Assembly (NCBI GenBank): GCA_035361075.1
Contig: DAOSBX010000013.1
Coordinates: 10,160-74,159, forward strand
DNA length: 64,000 bases
Direction: 5' to 3'
Source: Candidatus Hydrogenedens sp.
GTDB lineage: Bacteria; Hydrogenedentota; Hydrogenedentia; Hydrogenedentales; Hydrogenedentaceae
The notes beneath the pieces were generated by a model. The model did not search any database and had not been told where the DNA came from. It worked only from the letters and a program-made list of their open reading frames with translations. How positions within the stretch are numbered: the first letter of the stretch is position 1; every line of letters starts with the position of its first letter. Of the stretch, positions 39,630-49,139 are shown in pieces. A program made the position numbers and the translations under genes.

Positions 39630-40262
39630 TTATTTGTTTTCAGATGTTTGAATAACACAGTCAAGTGTTCCTATCACTGGCTTAACAGTTCCGTCCGACA
39701 TTTTCTGCTGGATTATTTTACCTTTGTCATCAAAGGCAGTTAACAAGATGGTTTTACTACCATAAACATCAACAGGTAGGGTAATCATTCCTGTCCAAAT
39801 ACCATCTCCTGCTGTCTCATCCCCATTCTGTCCATCATCTCTCAAATCGGCATTAATGTTTGTCCCAAAAATATTTGCTGAAATAGTGTCTATTATCTTT
39901 AAAGGGTCAATTGGTTTTGCAAAAATTTTCAATGATGTCCCTGCAACAGGATTTTCAGGTTCACCTCGAATTTCTTGAAAGCCTAACGAAGGACTCTCTT
40001 TTACCTCTTCTTGAACTGCTTCACTTGAACTGTAAATGTGGATGCGAAAAGGGTCTTCCGAACTTTGTTGGGTTGAGTATCCAATTCCAGCCTGTCGGAG
40101 AAGTTCAATTATCCTCGAAATGTCATCTATTGAACCCTGAATGCTAAGGGTTAGCTCCACTGCGTAAGCCAAACGTGAACATAAAATAACTACCAGAACC
40201 GTTAATATTAAATACCTTCTCATATCAATTGTCCTCCATCGTGAAATTAATCTTAAAATCAT
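39630..40262 (-). CDS. Secreted hypothetical protein (about 200 aa)
   Basis: Probable true start at the internal Met (MRRYLILTVLVVILCSRLAYA signal peptide). Asp/Gly-rich loop DGQNGDETAGDGIWTG. First gene of the GT9/rSAM cluster. Confidence 0.5.
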   Translation of the reverse strand: MILRLISRWRTIDMRRYLILTVLVVILCSRLAYAVELTLSIQGSIDDISRIIELLRQAGIGYSTQQSSEDPFRIHIYSSSEAVQEEVKESPSLGFQEIRGEPENPVAGTSLKIFAKPIDPLKIIDTISANIFGTNINADLRDDGQNGDETAGDGIWTGMITLPVDVYGSKTILLTAFDDKGKIIQQKMSDGTVKPVIGTLDCVIQTSENK

Positions 40263-40367
40263 GTTGTTAATTAATACTATAATTATTTATACTTAAAAAT
40301 CATATCTACTATATAAAAAAGGAGTAATAATTTCAAAGAAAAAATAATTAAAAGGGTGAAATAATCT

Positions 40368-41180
40368 ATGAATAAAATCGTTTTTATCCCTATCGTGCTG
40401 GTTTTAGGCATCGTTTCCATCGGTTTTTACTCATGGTTCTTTGCTCAACCACGATTAACACGGGTTCAAATGGCACAGGCAGAAGAGGCATTAAAAAAAC
40501 TTGAACAAGCAAAAGAAATCTCAAAAGAAAATGAGGAGACTGGAAAAATGGAAAACGAAAATACAAAAAAAAATACAAGTGTAGTTGAAAAAAAGGAAGA
40601 GACAAACCCAAACACAATCCCTTCCGCTCAGGAAATACCCCTTGAACAAATGCCAGAGAAAGCACCAGATGTTTTTAAAGTCCGCTTCGAATGCTCAAAT
40701 GGGAACTTTACTATAGAATGTCACAAAGACTGGGCACCTATCGGCGTTGAACATTTTTACGAATTATTGAAGGTAAAATTTTATGATTCCGCACGTTTTT
40801 TCCGAGTTGTCCCGGGCTTTGTTGTTCAATTTGGGTTAGCTGGAGACCCGCAGTTAAATATGAAATATGGCGAAAAAACGATAAAAGACGACCCCGTAAA
40901 ACAGAGTAACTTAAAAGGGACTGTTACGTACGCAAAAAGTTCGCTACCCAATTCCCGTTCCACACAACTATTTATCAATCTTGCAGATAATGTTCGGTTA
41001 GATTCAATGGGTTTTGCACCTTTTGCCCGTGTGATTGAAGGGATGGAGGTTGTGGAAAGTATCAATCCAAAACATGGCGAGGCACCCGACCAAAGAATGA
41101 TAAGAATGCAAGGAAACACATATCTGAACAGCATGTTCCCTGATTTAGACTATATCAAGCGTGCTTATTTTGTAAAGTAA
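40368..41180 (+). CDS. ppi: Cyclophilin-type peptidyl-prolyl cis-trans isomerase, membrane-anchored
   Basis: N-terminal TM, KE-rich linker, cyclophilin core (FKVRFECSNGNFTIECHKDWAP...FHRVVPGFVVQFG...TQLFINL). Confidence 0.85.
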   Translation: MNKIVFIPIVLVLGIVSIGFYSWFFAQPRLTRVQMAQAEEALKKLEQAKEISKENEETGKMENENTKKNTSVVEKKEETNPNTIPSAQEIPLEQMPEKAPDVFKVRFECSNGNFTIECHKDWAPIGVEHFYELLKVKFYDSARFFRVVPGFVVQFGLAGDPQLNMKYGEKTIKDDPVKQSNLKGTVTYAKSSLPNSRSTQLFINLADNVRLDSMGFAPFARVIEGMEVVESINPKHGEAPDQRMIRMQGNTYLNSMFPDLDYIKRAYFVK

Positions 41181-41206
41181 TCCATTCTTTTTAAGAACCC
41201 CGCAAA

Positions 41207-42052
41207 TTATTTTTTCTCATCATCAAATGGGTGAACAGGTAATGGGAGTTTTATTGCTTTTTTGAGAGGTACAAGACCTACTAAAAAACGGTATGTCCTT
41301 GGAAAGTGTCTTGCAAAGAAAATAGAAAGTTTCCCGTGCATTGTGATGACGACTTCAGGTTTCCTTCGATATATCGCACAAACAATCTGTTTTGCTGTTT
41401 TGTCAACGGGATAGACCAAAAAAGAAGGGACAGGGTCGGGGCGACTTGTAAGTTCACCATATTTGTTCTTCTGTCGAATTTCTGTGCCAATAAAGCCTGG
41501 ATTTATACATGTTACCGAAACCCCAAGAGGTTTCAAGTCAAAATAACTGCATTCTGACAAGGCTACCACTGCATATTTACTACTACAATATGGTGCTGAA
41601 AAAGGTGTACATACCCTTCCTGCAACACTGCCTACGATGCCAAGTCTCCCTTTTTGTTGTATCAAATATGGTAGGGTTAATTCCATCGTGTTCAATACAC
41701 CAAAAAAATTAACTTCAAATTGCCTCCGAAAATCTTCAACCTTCAATTTAGCAATGTGTCCAGGAATACCCATGCCTGCATTTGCCAGTACAACGTCAAT
41801 TTTTCCCCACAATTTAATAATTTCTGCTACTGCATTTGTCATCTGATTATAGTCAGTTACATCAGCAACAAAATATTCAGCACTACCTCCTGCTTTTAAA
41901 ATTTCATCCTTTACCTGTTCAAGTTTCTCTTTTCTGCGGGCAATGAGAGCCACTTTTGCCCCTTCTTGTGCAAAGACTTTTGCAGTTGCAGAACCAATAC
42001 CTTCCGACGCACCAGTAATAAGTACTACCTGCTCCGAAAATCTTTTACCCAT
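41207..42052 (-). CDS. Short-chain dehydrogenase/reductase (SDR)
   Basis: TGASEGIG cofactor motif, NAG, catalytic YCSSK. 281 aa. Confidence 0.85.
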   Translation of the reverse strand: MGKRFSEQVVLITGASEGIGSATAKVFAQEGAKVALIARRKEKLEQVKDEILKAGGSAEYFVADVTDYNQMTNAVAEIIKLWGKIDVVLANAGMGIPGHIAKLKVEDFRRQFEVNFFGVLNTMELTLPYLIQQKGRLGIVGSVAGRVCTPFSAPYCSSKYAVVALSECSYFDLKPLGVSVTCINPGFIGTEIRQKNKYGELTSRPDPVPSFLVYPVDKTAKQIVCAIYRRKPEVVITMHGKLSIFFARHFPRTYRFLVGLVPLKKAIKLPLPVHPFDDEKK

Positions 42053-42077
42053 AAATTAGTCCTTCTTAATGGTATAT

Positions 42078-42566
42078 TTATCGTAATCTTTGTAAAGGTT
42101 GACCATTATAACAAAGAGTATTCCCGCAAATGTCAGCCGCTACTGTTTGTGTTTGACCCATGAAAGAAACAGTCGCCACTATCTTGTTCCCTTGCACCCG
42201 CCAATTGCCTGTGATATTCCCTACCATGGGATGTGAAGCGACTGCTTGTCCCCCAGGATTTAAACTCACCTGTACCATACCATAAGGCGTAGGAACACTC
42301 CACATCGTCCCTGTAAAGTCTGGCGGTCCTTGTGGAATCTGTGGAACCTGATATTGTACTTGTGGGATGGCTTCTTGTGTCGGTGGGGGAACTAATTTGT
42401 TGGGATTTGGCTCCAGATTAGACGCCGTCGTTTGTTGGTTTGATTTTGACGTTGTTGGAGCCGAAGGTGTCGAAGTTGGTAAGAATTGATTTTTCAATCC
42501 AGCCAGAATTGGAACTCCTATTACCAATACAAGAATTACAATAAAAATTATCAAGCCCCGATTCAT
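42078..42566 (-). CDS. Membrane-anchored small protein, paralog A of a tandem pair
   Basis: N-terminal signal-anchor IIFIVILVLVIGVPILAGLKN, Pro/Gln-rich linker, conserved 80-aa C-terminal domain (GNW.V.G.K.A..F.G.T..V..DI.G). Confidence 0.5.
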   Translation of the reverse strand: MNRGLIIFIVILVLVIGVPILAGLKNQFLPTSTPSAPTTSKSNQQTTASNLEPNPNKLVPPPTQEAIPQVQYQVPQIPQGPPDFTGTMWSVPTPYGMVQVSLNPGGQAVASHPMVGNITGNWRVQGNKIVATVSFMGQTQTVAADICGNTLCYNGQPLQRLR

Positions 42567-42601
42567 TACAAAATCTCCTTGTCAATAGCACTGTAATATG
42601 T

Positions 42602-43066
42602 TTATTGGGCTCGTTTAATTTCCTTATCCTGAAAATAAATTTTGTCTCCGTAAATATCACATTCCACTGAGTGTGTTTTCCCTTGGAAATTAATTGATGC
42701 GATAAGTTTTCCACCATTGACCTGCCAATTCCCAACTAAATGGTCTGTACCTAACATTTGTATTGCAAGCGCTCTCAACTCTGGCGGAACCGTCGCAACA
42801 GCCTGTCCCCCTGCATTTAGGGTTATGGTGACAGGGGCTGGGATTGAAGGGTGTTTTACAATCCACGACGTCCCTACAAGATTCGATTCGTTAAGCAATG
42901 GTGGAGCAGGTTTCGGCTTCGTTGTCGGACCAGATGCCTCTTCTTTAGTATCTGCGGAATTCATCATCATCTGAACCATGATAATATTTTTTATTACCGC
43001 TAAAAAGGGAACTCCAATAACAAGAAATAGAATTAGGAAAAAAATTCCCAATATTTTTTTATTCAC
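42602..43066 (-). CDS. Membrane-anchored small protein, paralog B of a tandem pair
   Basis: Same N-terminal anchor motif (FLILFLVIGVPFLAVIKN) and C-terminal domain (LNAGGQAVA...GNWQVNGGKLIASINFQGKTHSVECDIYG) as paralog A. Confidence 0.5.
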   Translation of the reverse strand: MNKKILGIFFLILFLVIGVPFLAVIKNIIMVQMMMNSADTKEEASGPTTKPKPAPPLLNESNLVGTSWIVKHPSIPAPVTITLNAGGQAVATVPPELRALAIQMLGTDHLVGNWQVNGGKLIASINFQGKTHSVECDIYGDKIYFQDKEIKRAQ

Positions 43067-43268
43067 TTCAAATTTCTCCTTTTATTTCACAATACTAATT
43101 TATACATTCTTGATAGATTTCTTAATATTATATACAATAATTTAATACCAAATATAAAAAAGATAGTTTTAAAATTCAGATGATATTCTTTGCTTACCTT
43201 TTATATAATCTAATGTTAATTGTCTAACAATTTTTTGATAACTTAACTCTGTCGAGAAAATAATATTC

Positions 43269-44057
43269 ATGAAACATAAACCATTATACAAGCCGAGTTC
43301 AAAGTTAAGGGCATTTTTTCGTCTTACATTGCTTTTCTTTGTCATTGCACCCATATTATTTTCAGTTCGATGCTTAATATATCCTACAGCATTGTTTTCA
43401 GAACGTACTGACCGTAAAGTACGCAGATATTTATTGCATACATGGTCTGTCATATTCGTAAAACTAACAGGTATTCAAGTAGAAATTAAAGGGACTGTGC
43501 CCCGTGTTCCTTGTTTTCTTGTGGCAAATCACATTAGCTATATCGACGCATTATTATTGCATTATGCAACCAGATGTATTTTCGTTGCTCGTGGCGATGT
43601 TCAACACTGGCCAGTAATTGGTTTTGTTGCTAAAATGCTTTACATCATTTTTATTGACCGAACAAACCGACTGGATACCAAAAGAGTTAGTGAAGAGATT
43701 AAACATGCACTAAGAATGGGCGATGGGGTTGCAGTTTTTGCAGAGAGTCGAATTTCTTGTGGAAAAGATGTCCAGACATTTCGGCCAGCTTTACTTAGTG
43801 TCCCAGTAGAATTTAATATCCCCGTCTATTATGCAAGTATTACTTATGAAAAGATAGAAGGGACACCACCTGTAAGTTATTTTGTTGCATGGTGGCGACC
43901 AGAACCTTTTGCATACCATTTATTCCGCTTGTTAGGGTATCGCGGGTTTAAGGCACGAGTTATCTTTGGAGAAGAACCACTTTTTGGAACAGACCGAAAA
44001 GAACTGGCAAATCAACTTTGGCAAAATGTGCGAAAAAACTTTACACCTATACAATAG
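43269..44057 (+). CDS. 1-acyl-sn-glycerol-3-phosphate acyltransferase family (PlsC/LPLAT)
   Basis: HX4D motif NHISYID. Acceptor-binding block VAVFAESR. N-terminal TM. Confidence 0.75.
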   Translation: MKHKPLYKPSSKLRAFFRLTLLFFVIAPILFSVRCLIYPTALFSERTDRKVRRYLLHTWSVIFVKLTGIQVEIKGTVPRVPCFLVANHISYIDALLLHYATRCIFVARGDVQHWPVIGFVAKMLYIIFIDRTNRLDTKRVSEEIKHALRMGDGVAVFAESRISCGKDVQTFRPALLSVPVEFNIPVYYASITYEKIEGTPPVSYFVAWWRPEPFAYHLFRLLGYRGFKARVIFGEEPLFGTDRKELANQLWQNVRKNFTPIQ

Positions 44058-44069
44058 GAAAGTAAGGAA

Positions 44070-45368
44070 ATGATAAATAAAATTCTTATATCAGAGGGAG
44101 AAAGTCTACAGATTTCTAAAGAAATCATTAAAACAGTCCAGTATATTTTAGAAAATATTGGTCCCCGTGAACCTGGCTCTGAAAGTGAGTATAGAACGCA
44201 AAAATATCTGGCAGAGGAATTAAGTAACTATGCAAACTCTGTGGTGATAGAACCATTTACAGTGGCTCCCATGGGACTACTCTTCTTTTTCCCAGTAACA
44301 GGCATTCTGGTCTTTTTCTCATCCGCAGTACTTCATCGTTACCCTCTTCTCGGACTTTTAGGAATTGTAACATCGTTGATAATTATATGGTTCCAATTTG
44401 GGCAGTACCGACAATTATTAGACCCATTTCTCCCTAAGAAAGAGTCCAACAATGTTTATGCTAAATGGACTCCATCAAATAAAAATATAACTCAAAGGAT
44501 TATCCTTTGTGGGCATGCAGATAGCGCCTATGAAATGCGATACAATCAATGGGGAAAATTATACCTTAAATTAGCAGTTTTATCTATGATATTAAGTATA
44601 CTCATTCTGCTCTTTTTATCATTATTGTTTTCCTATGAATATTTCAAAGGTGAGGAAATTTTATTTATCCCTGAACGTATAAGGGAGTTAAGCATTATAT
44701 TTGGGATTATTTATGGTATTATTGCTATTTCCTTCATAAGATTCTCACGGGTAGTTCCCGGAGCCAATGATAATTTAAGTGGAAGCATTACTGCACTTGA
44801 AGTATTAAAATGGTTTTCCAAACATCCATTTGAGATACAGAACACAGAAATTGCATGTTTAATCACTGGCAGTGAGGAAGCAGGCTTACGTGGTGCTATG
44901 GCTTTCGTCCAGCGTCATAAAGACGAATTACAAAGTATTCCAACAGTTGTAGTTACTATTGATACATTGGGAGATTTGGCAGAGTTGGGAATAGTTATTC
45001 GAGACCTAAATGGCTTGCTCCACCACCACAGGGGAGCCATATCCCTTTTATATCAGGCAGGTTTAGACTGTGGAATCGCCTTAAAACCAGTTTCTATATT
45101 CTTAGGTTCCTCTGATGCAACTGCTTTTACCCGTGCTGGTATCCCTGCCTCTGGATTGGTTGCTATGGACCCCAGTCCTGCAAAGTATTACCATACTCGG
45201 TATGACACTGTTGATGCCATGAGCGAAGAAACATTGTCCGCAGGCTTAACTGTCTTGATACAAACCATTAAAAATTATGATACTTACGGACTTCCACAGA
45301 ATGGACCTATTCCAGTTCTCCAGAAAAAACATGCTTTAGAAAAATCAAAAGAGTTAGCAATCGGTTAA
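44070..45368 (+). CDS. M28-family metallopeptidase with inserted TM segments
   Basis: Zinc-ligand blocks CGHADSAYE and ITGSEEAGLRGAMAF. Several hydrophobic helices between the blocks. Confidence 0.6.
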   Translation: MINKILISEGESLQISKEIIKTVQYILENIGPREPGSESEYRTQKYLAEELSNYANSVVIEPFTVAPMGLLFFFPVTGILVFFSSAVLHRYPLLGLLGIVTSLIIIWFQFGQYRQLLDPFLPKKESNNVYAKWTPSNKNITQRIILCGHADSAYEMRYNQWGKLYLKLAVLSMILSILILLFLSLLFSYEYFKGEEILFIPERIRELSIIFGIIYGIIAISFIRFSRVVPGANDNLSGSITALEVLKWFSKHPFEIQNTEIACLITGSEEAGLRGAMAFVQRHKDELQSIPTVVVTIDTLGDLAELGIVIRDLNGLLHHHRGAISLLYQAGLDCGIALKPVSIFLGSSDATAFTRAGIPASGLVAMDPSPAKYYHTRYDTVDAMSEETLSAGLTVLIQTIKNYDTYGLPQNGPIPVLQKKHALEKSKELAIG

Positions 45369-45510
45369 ACGTTACTCCATAAAATTGCAATTATCTACGC
45401 AGAAGGTGGATAATATATCATATTTTCAATTCTTTTGTTAATCTCGGCAAGAGGGATTGTTGTTTTTACTAAATTTTAATATAAATAAAACTGTTTAATG
45501 GAGTAAAACA

Positions 45511-48500
45511 ATGAGTAGACCAATGCATACGTTAGATGGTAACGAGGCGGTAGCAACCATAGCCTATCAGGTTAACGATGTTGCCGCTATTTATCCTATT
45601 ACCCCGTCTTCTCCTATGGGCGAGTTTATGGACCAATGGGCAGCAGAAGGTAGAAAAAATATGTGGGGCAACATCCCACAAGTGGTAGAAATGCAAAGTG
45701 AAGCAGGAGCCGCAGGTGCTGTCCACGGTGCCTTACAAGCAGGTGCCCTTACAACCACATTTACCGCATCACAAGGTTTAATGTTGATGCTACCAAATAT
45801 GTATAAAATCGCTGGGGAGCTAACACCAACAGTCTTTCATGTCTCTGCCCGTTCACTTGCTATTCATGCCCTCTCCATTTTCGGCGACCATTCCGATGTT
45901 ATGGCAGCACGTACTACAGGTTTCGCCCTTTTAGCTTCCGCTTCTGTGCAGGAGGCTATGGATTTCGCATTAATAGCCCAGTCCGCAACACTAAAATCGA
46001 GAGTTCCATTTCTCCACTTTTTTGATGGTTTCCGCACATCCCATGAAGTGGTGAAAATTGAGATGCTCACAGACAAAGATATAAAGGCTATGATAGATGA
46101 AGAATATGTCCGAGCACATCGTGAGAGAGCATTAAATCCCGACAAGCCAGTAATCCGTGGAACTGCACAAAATCCAGATGTATATTTCCAGGGTAGAGAA
46201 ACCTGCAACCCATATTATTTAGCTTGCCCTGCAATTGTTCAGGAATATATGGATCGTTTCGCAAAAATTACAGGCAGGCAATATCATCTTTTTGATTATA
46301 TTGGGGCACCCGATGCAGAACGAATAGTAATCTTGATGGGCTCCGGTTGTGAAGCAGTAACAGAAACGATTGATTATCTCGTAAACCATGGCGAAAAAGT
46401 CGGTGCTATCAAAGTCCGTCTCTACCGTCCATTCGATGCAGAAGCACTTATCAAAGCAATACCTGCTTCTGTAAAGAAAATAGCGGTATTAGACCGTTGC
46501 AAAGAATCCGGTGCCCCGGGCGAACCTCTCTATTTAGATGTTGTCAATGCAGTTAGCGAGGCATATATGAATGGTGAAATTAAAGCCATTCCCAAAATCG
46601 TCGGCGGTAGATATGGGCTATCCTCTAAAGAATTTACCCCAGCAATGATTAAGGGGGTCTTAGATGAATTATCTAAAGACCAGCCCAAAAATCATTTCAC
46701 AGTTGGGATTAAGGATGATGTTACAAACACCAGCATTGATTATGACCCCAATTTTTCAACAGAAGACCCCAATGTAGTTCGGGCTGTATTTTATGGCTTG
46801 GGCTCTGACGGTACCGTAGGTGCGAATAAGAATTCTATCAAAATTATTGGTGAAGATACTCCAAATTATGCTCAGGGCTACTTCGTTTACGACTCAAAAA
46901 AATCAGGGTCGATGACGGTGTCCCATTTGCGATTCGGACCAAAAGAAATTCATTCCAATTACCTTATAACACGTGCCAATTTTGTGGCATGTCATCAATT
47001 CAGTTTCATTGAAAAATACGACGTATTGAAAGTAGCAGAAAATAATGCTATATTCTTATTAAATAGCCCTTATGGACCCGATACTGTATGGGACCACTTA
47101 CCAAAAATCACCCAAAAACGAATTATTGAAAAGAAAATTAAGTTTTACGTTATCGATGCTGTGAAAGTTGCCCGCGAAGCTGGCATGGGTGGAAGAATAA
47201 ATACCATCATGCAAACATGCTTCTTTGCTATCAGCGGAATCTTACCGCGAGAAGAAGCAATTAAAGCTATCAAAGAATCCATCAAGAAAACGTATGGAAA
47301 ACGTGGAGAAGCCATTGTCCAGAAGAATTGGCAAGCTGTAGACATGACATTAGACCATCTTCATGAAGTGCAGGTCCCTGATAACGTGACCAGCACATTT
47401 GATTTGGCTCCACCAGTTCCAGATGAAGCCCCCGAATTTGTTAAAGACGTGTTAGCAAAAATTATATCAGGAGAAGGAGATGAACTCCCTGTTAGCAAAT
47501 TACCAGCAGATGGGACATTCCCCACTGGCACAACTAAATGGGAAAAACGGAATATCGGTCTCGAAATCCCTGTTTGGGACCCCGACGTTTGTATCCAATG
47601 TGGAAAATGTGTGATGGTTTGTCCACACGCAGTTATTCGGGCAAAAATATATGACCCGAAATATTTGGAAAAAGCACCGCCAACCTTCAAGTCTACCGAG
47701 CCAAAGTGGAAGGAATATAAACATCTTCGCTATACATTACAAGTATCTCCAGAAGATTGCACAGGTTGCGGTTTATGTTACGAAGTATGTATTGCAAAAA
47801 GCAAGAAAGAAGTGAAAAATCGCGGTGTCACAATGCAACCACAAGCACCTCTCCGCGAAGCAGAACGGGAAAACTGGGAGTTCTTTGAAAGTATTCCTTA
47901 TTTTGATAGGTCGCACGTAAATTTGAATCTGGTTAAAGATATCCAATTACTTCAACCCCTATTCGAATTTTCAGGTGCCTGTGCTGGTTGTGGTGAAACA
48001 CCGTATGTAAAATTAATTTCTCAGTTATTTGGCGACCGTATGTTAGTTGCCAATGCTACAGGTTGCTCCTCAATTTACGGTGGTAATCTGCCTACAACAC
48101 CATGGACGACCAATGCGGAAGGAAAAGGTCCTGCATGGTGCAACTCATTATTTGAAGATAATGCCGAATTTGGAATGGGAATGCGAGTGGCTATCGATAC
48201 ACAACTGAGTTATGCCCAATATCTCCTAAAACAATTAGAAACACAAATAGGGACAGAGTTCGTTTCCGCCTTATTAACAGCAAACCAGACCACAGAAGAA
48301 GGTATTAAAGCACAAAGAGAACGTGTAACTCTGCTCAAACAAAAACTAAGTGGCTTAGACAATCCATTAGCAAAAGAACTATTGTGTGTCGCAGATGTCT
48401 TTGTTAAGAGAAGTGTATGGGTCCTTGGTGGTGATGGTTGGGCGTATGACATCGGTTATGGTGGTCTTGACCATGTTATTGCTTCCAATCGTGATATAAA

Positions 48501-49116
48501 CATATTGGTGATGGATACAGAAGTATATTCCAACACAGGTGGACAGTGTTCCAAAGCAACACCTCGTGCCGCAGTAGCAAAATTTGCTGCCGGCGGAAAG
48601 CCCGCACCCAAAAAGGACCTTGCTCTGATGGCTATGTCCTACGGAACTTGCTATGTCGCAAAAGTTGCAATGGGTGCTAATGATGCACAGGCTATAAAAG
48701 CCTTCCGTGAAGCAGAAGCCTATCCTGGCCCTTCTTTAATTATTGCCTATTGCCATTGCATTGCTCACGGGTATAACCTTATGATGGGCTTAGAACAACA
48801 AAAGAAAGCAGTTGCCACAGGACACTGGCAATTAGTGCGATTTAATCCACTTCTGTTAAACGAAGGGAAAAATCCTCTTCAATTAGACTCAAAAGGTCCT
48901 ACCATGCCATTACAAGATTATGTTTATAATGAGACCCGCTACAAAATGCTGTCATTGAGTAATCCAGAAATGGCAAAGATGCTATTAGATGAAGCTCAAA
49001 AAGATGTACGTATCCGTTGGAAATTATATGAATACCTCGCTTCAATGAGTTGTGAAGAGTTACAAGAAGGTATGAAAAATATCCAAGAATCCGCAGTAGA
49101 AAACCAGACTAAATAA
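45511..49116 (+). CDS. nifJ: Pyruvate:ferredoxin (flavodoxin) oxidoreductase, single-polypeptide PFOR
   Basis: 1201 aa. Two ferredoxin-type clusters CIQCGKCVMVCPH / CTGCGLCYEVC. TPP motif GGDGWAYDIGYGGLDH. Domain order matches PorA-PorC-PorD-PorB fusions. Confidence 0.95.
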   Translation: MSRPMHTLDGNEAVATIAYQVNDVAAIYPITPSSPMGEFMDQWAAEGRKNMWGNIPQVVEMQSEAGAAGAVHGALQAGALTTTFTASQGLMLMLPNMYKIAGELTPTVFHVSARSLAIHALSIFGDHSDVMAARTTGFALLASASVQEAMDFALIAQSATLKSRVPFLHFFDGFRTSHEVVKIEMLTDKDIKAMIDEEYVRAHRERALNPDKPVIRGTAQNPDVYFQGRETCNPYYLACPAIVQEYMDRFAKITGRQYHLFDYIGAPDAERIVILMGSGCEAVTETIDYLVNHGEKVGAIKVRLYRPFDAEALIKAIPASVKKIAVLDRCKESGAPGEPLYLDVVNAVSEAYMNGEIKAIPKIVGGRYGLSSKEFTPAMIKGVLDELSKDQPKNHFTVGIKDDVTNTSIDYDPNFSTEDPNVVRAVFYGLGSDGTVGANKNSIKIIGEDTPNYAQGYFVYDSKKSGSMTVSHLRFGPKEIHSNYLITRANFVACHQFSFIEKYDVLKVAENNAIFLLNSPYGPDTVWDHLPKITQKRIIEKKIKFYVIDAVKVAREAGMGGRINTIMQTCFFAISGILPREEAIKAIKESIKKTYGKRGEAIVQKNWQAVDMTLDHLHEVQVPDNVTSTFDLAPPVPDEAPEFVKDVLAKIISGEGDELPVSKLPADGTFPTGTTKWEKRNIGLEIPVWDPDVCIQCGKCVMVCPHAVIRAKIYDPKYLEKAPPTFKSTEPKWKEYKHLRYTLQVSPEDCTGCGLCYEVCIAKSKKEVKNRGVTMQPQAPLREAERENWEFFESIPYFDRSHVNLNLVKDIQLLQPLFEFSGACAGCGETPYVKLISQLFGDRMLVANATGCSSIYGGNLPTTPWTTNAEGKGPAWCNSLFEDNAEFGMGMRVAIDTQLSYAQYLLKQLETQIGTEFVSALLTANQTTEEGIKAQRERVTLLKQKLSGLDNPLAKELLCVADVFVKRSVWVLGGDGWAYDIGYGGLDHVIASNRDINILVMDTEVYSNTGGQCSKATPRAAVAKFAAGGKPAPKKDLALMAMSYGTCYVAKVAMGANDAQAIKAFREAEAYPGPSLIIAYCHCIAHGYNLMMGLEQQKKAVATGHWQLVRFNPLLLNEGKNPLQLDSKGPTMPLQDYVYNETRYKMLSLSNPEMAKMLLDEAQKDVRIRWKLYEYLASMSCEELQEGMKNIQESAVENQTK

Positions 49117-49139
49117 AGGAAAAATAAGGAGTAAAAACC

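Noticed and set aside
42418-42735. 105-aa ORF bridging the two paralog genes
   Set aside because: It overlaps both well-supported paralog ORFs out of frame. No independent support.
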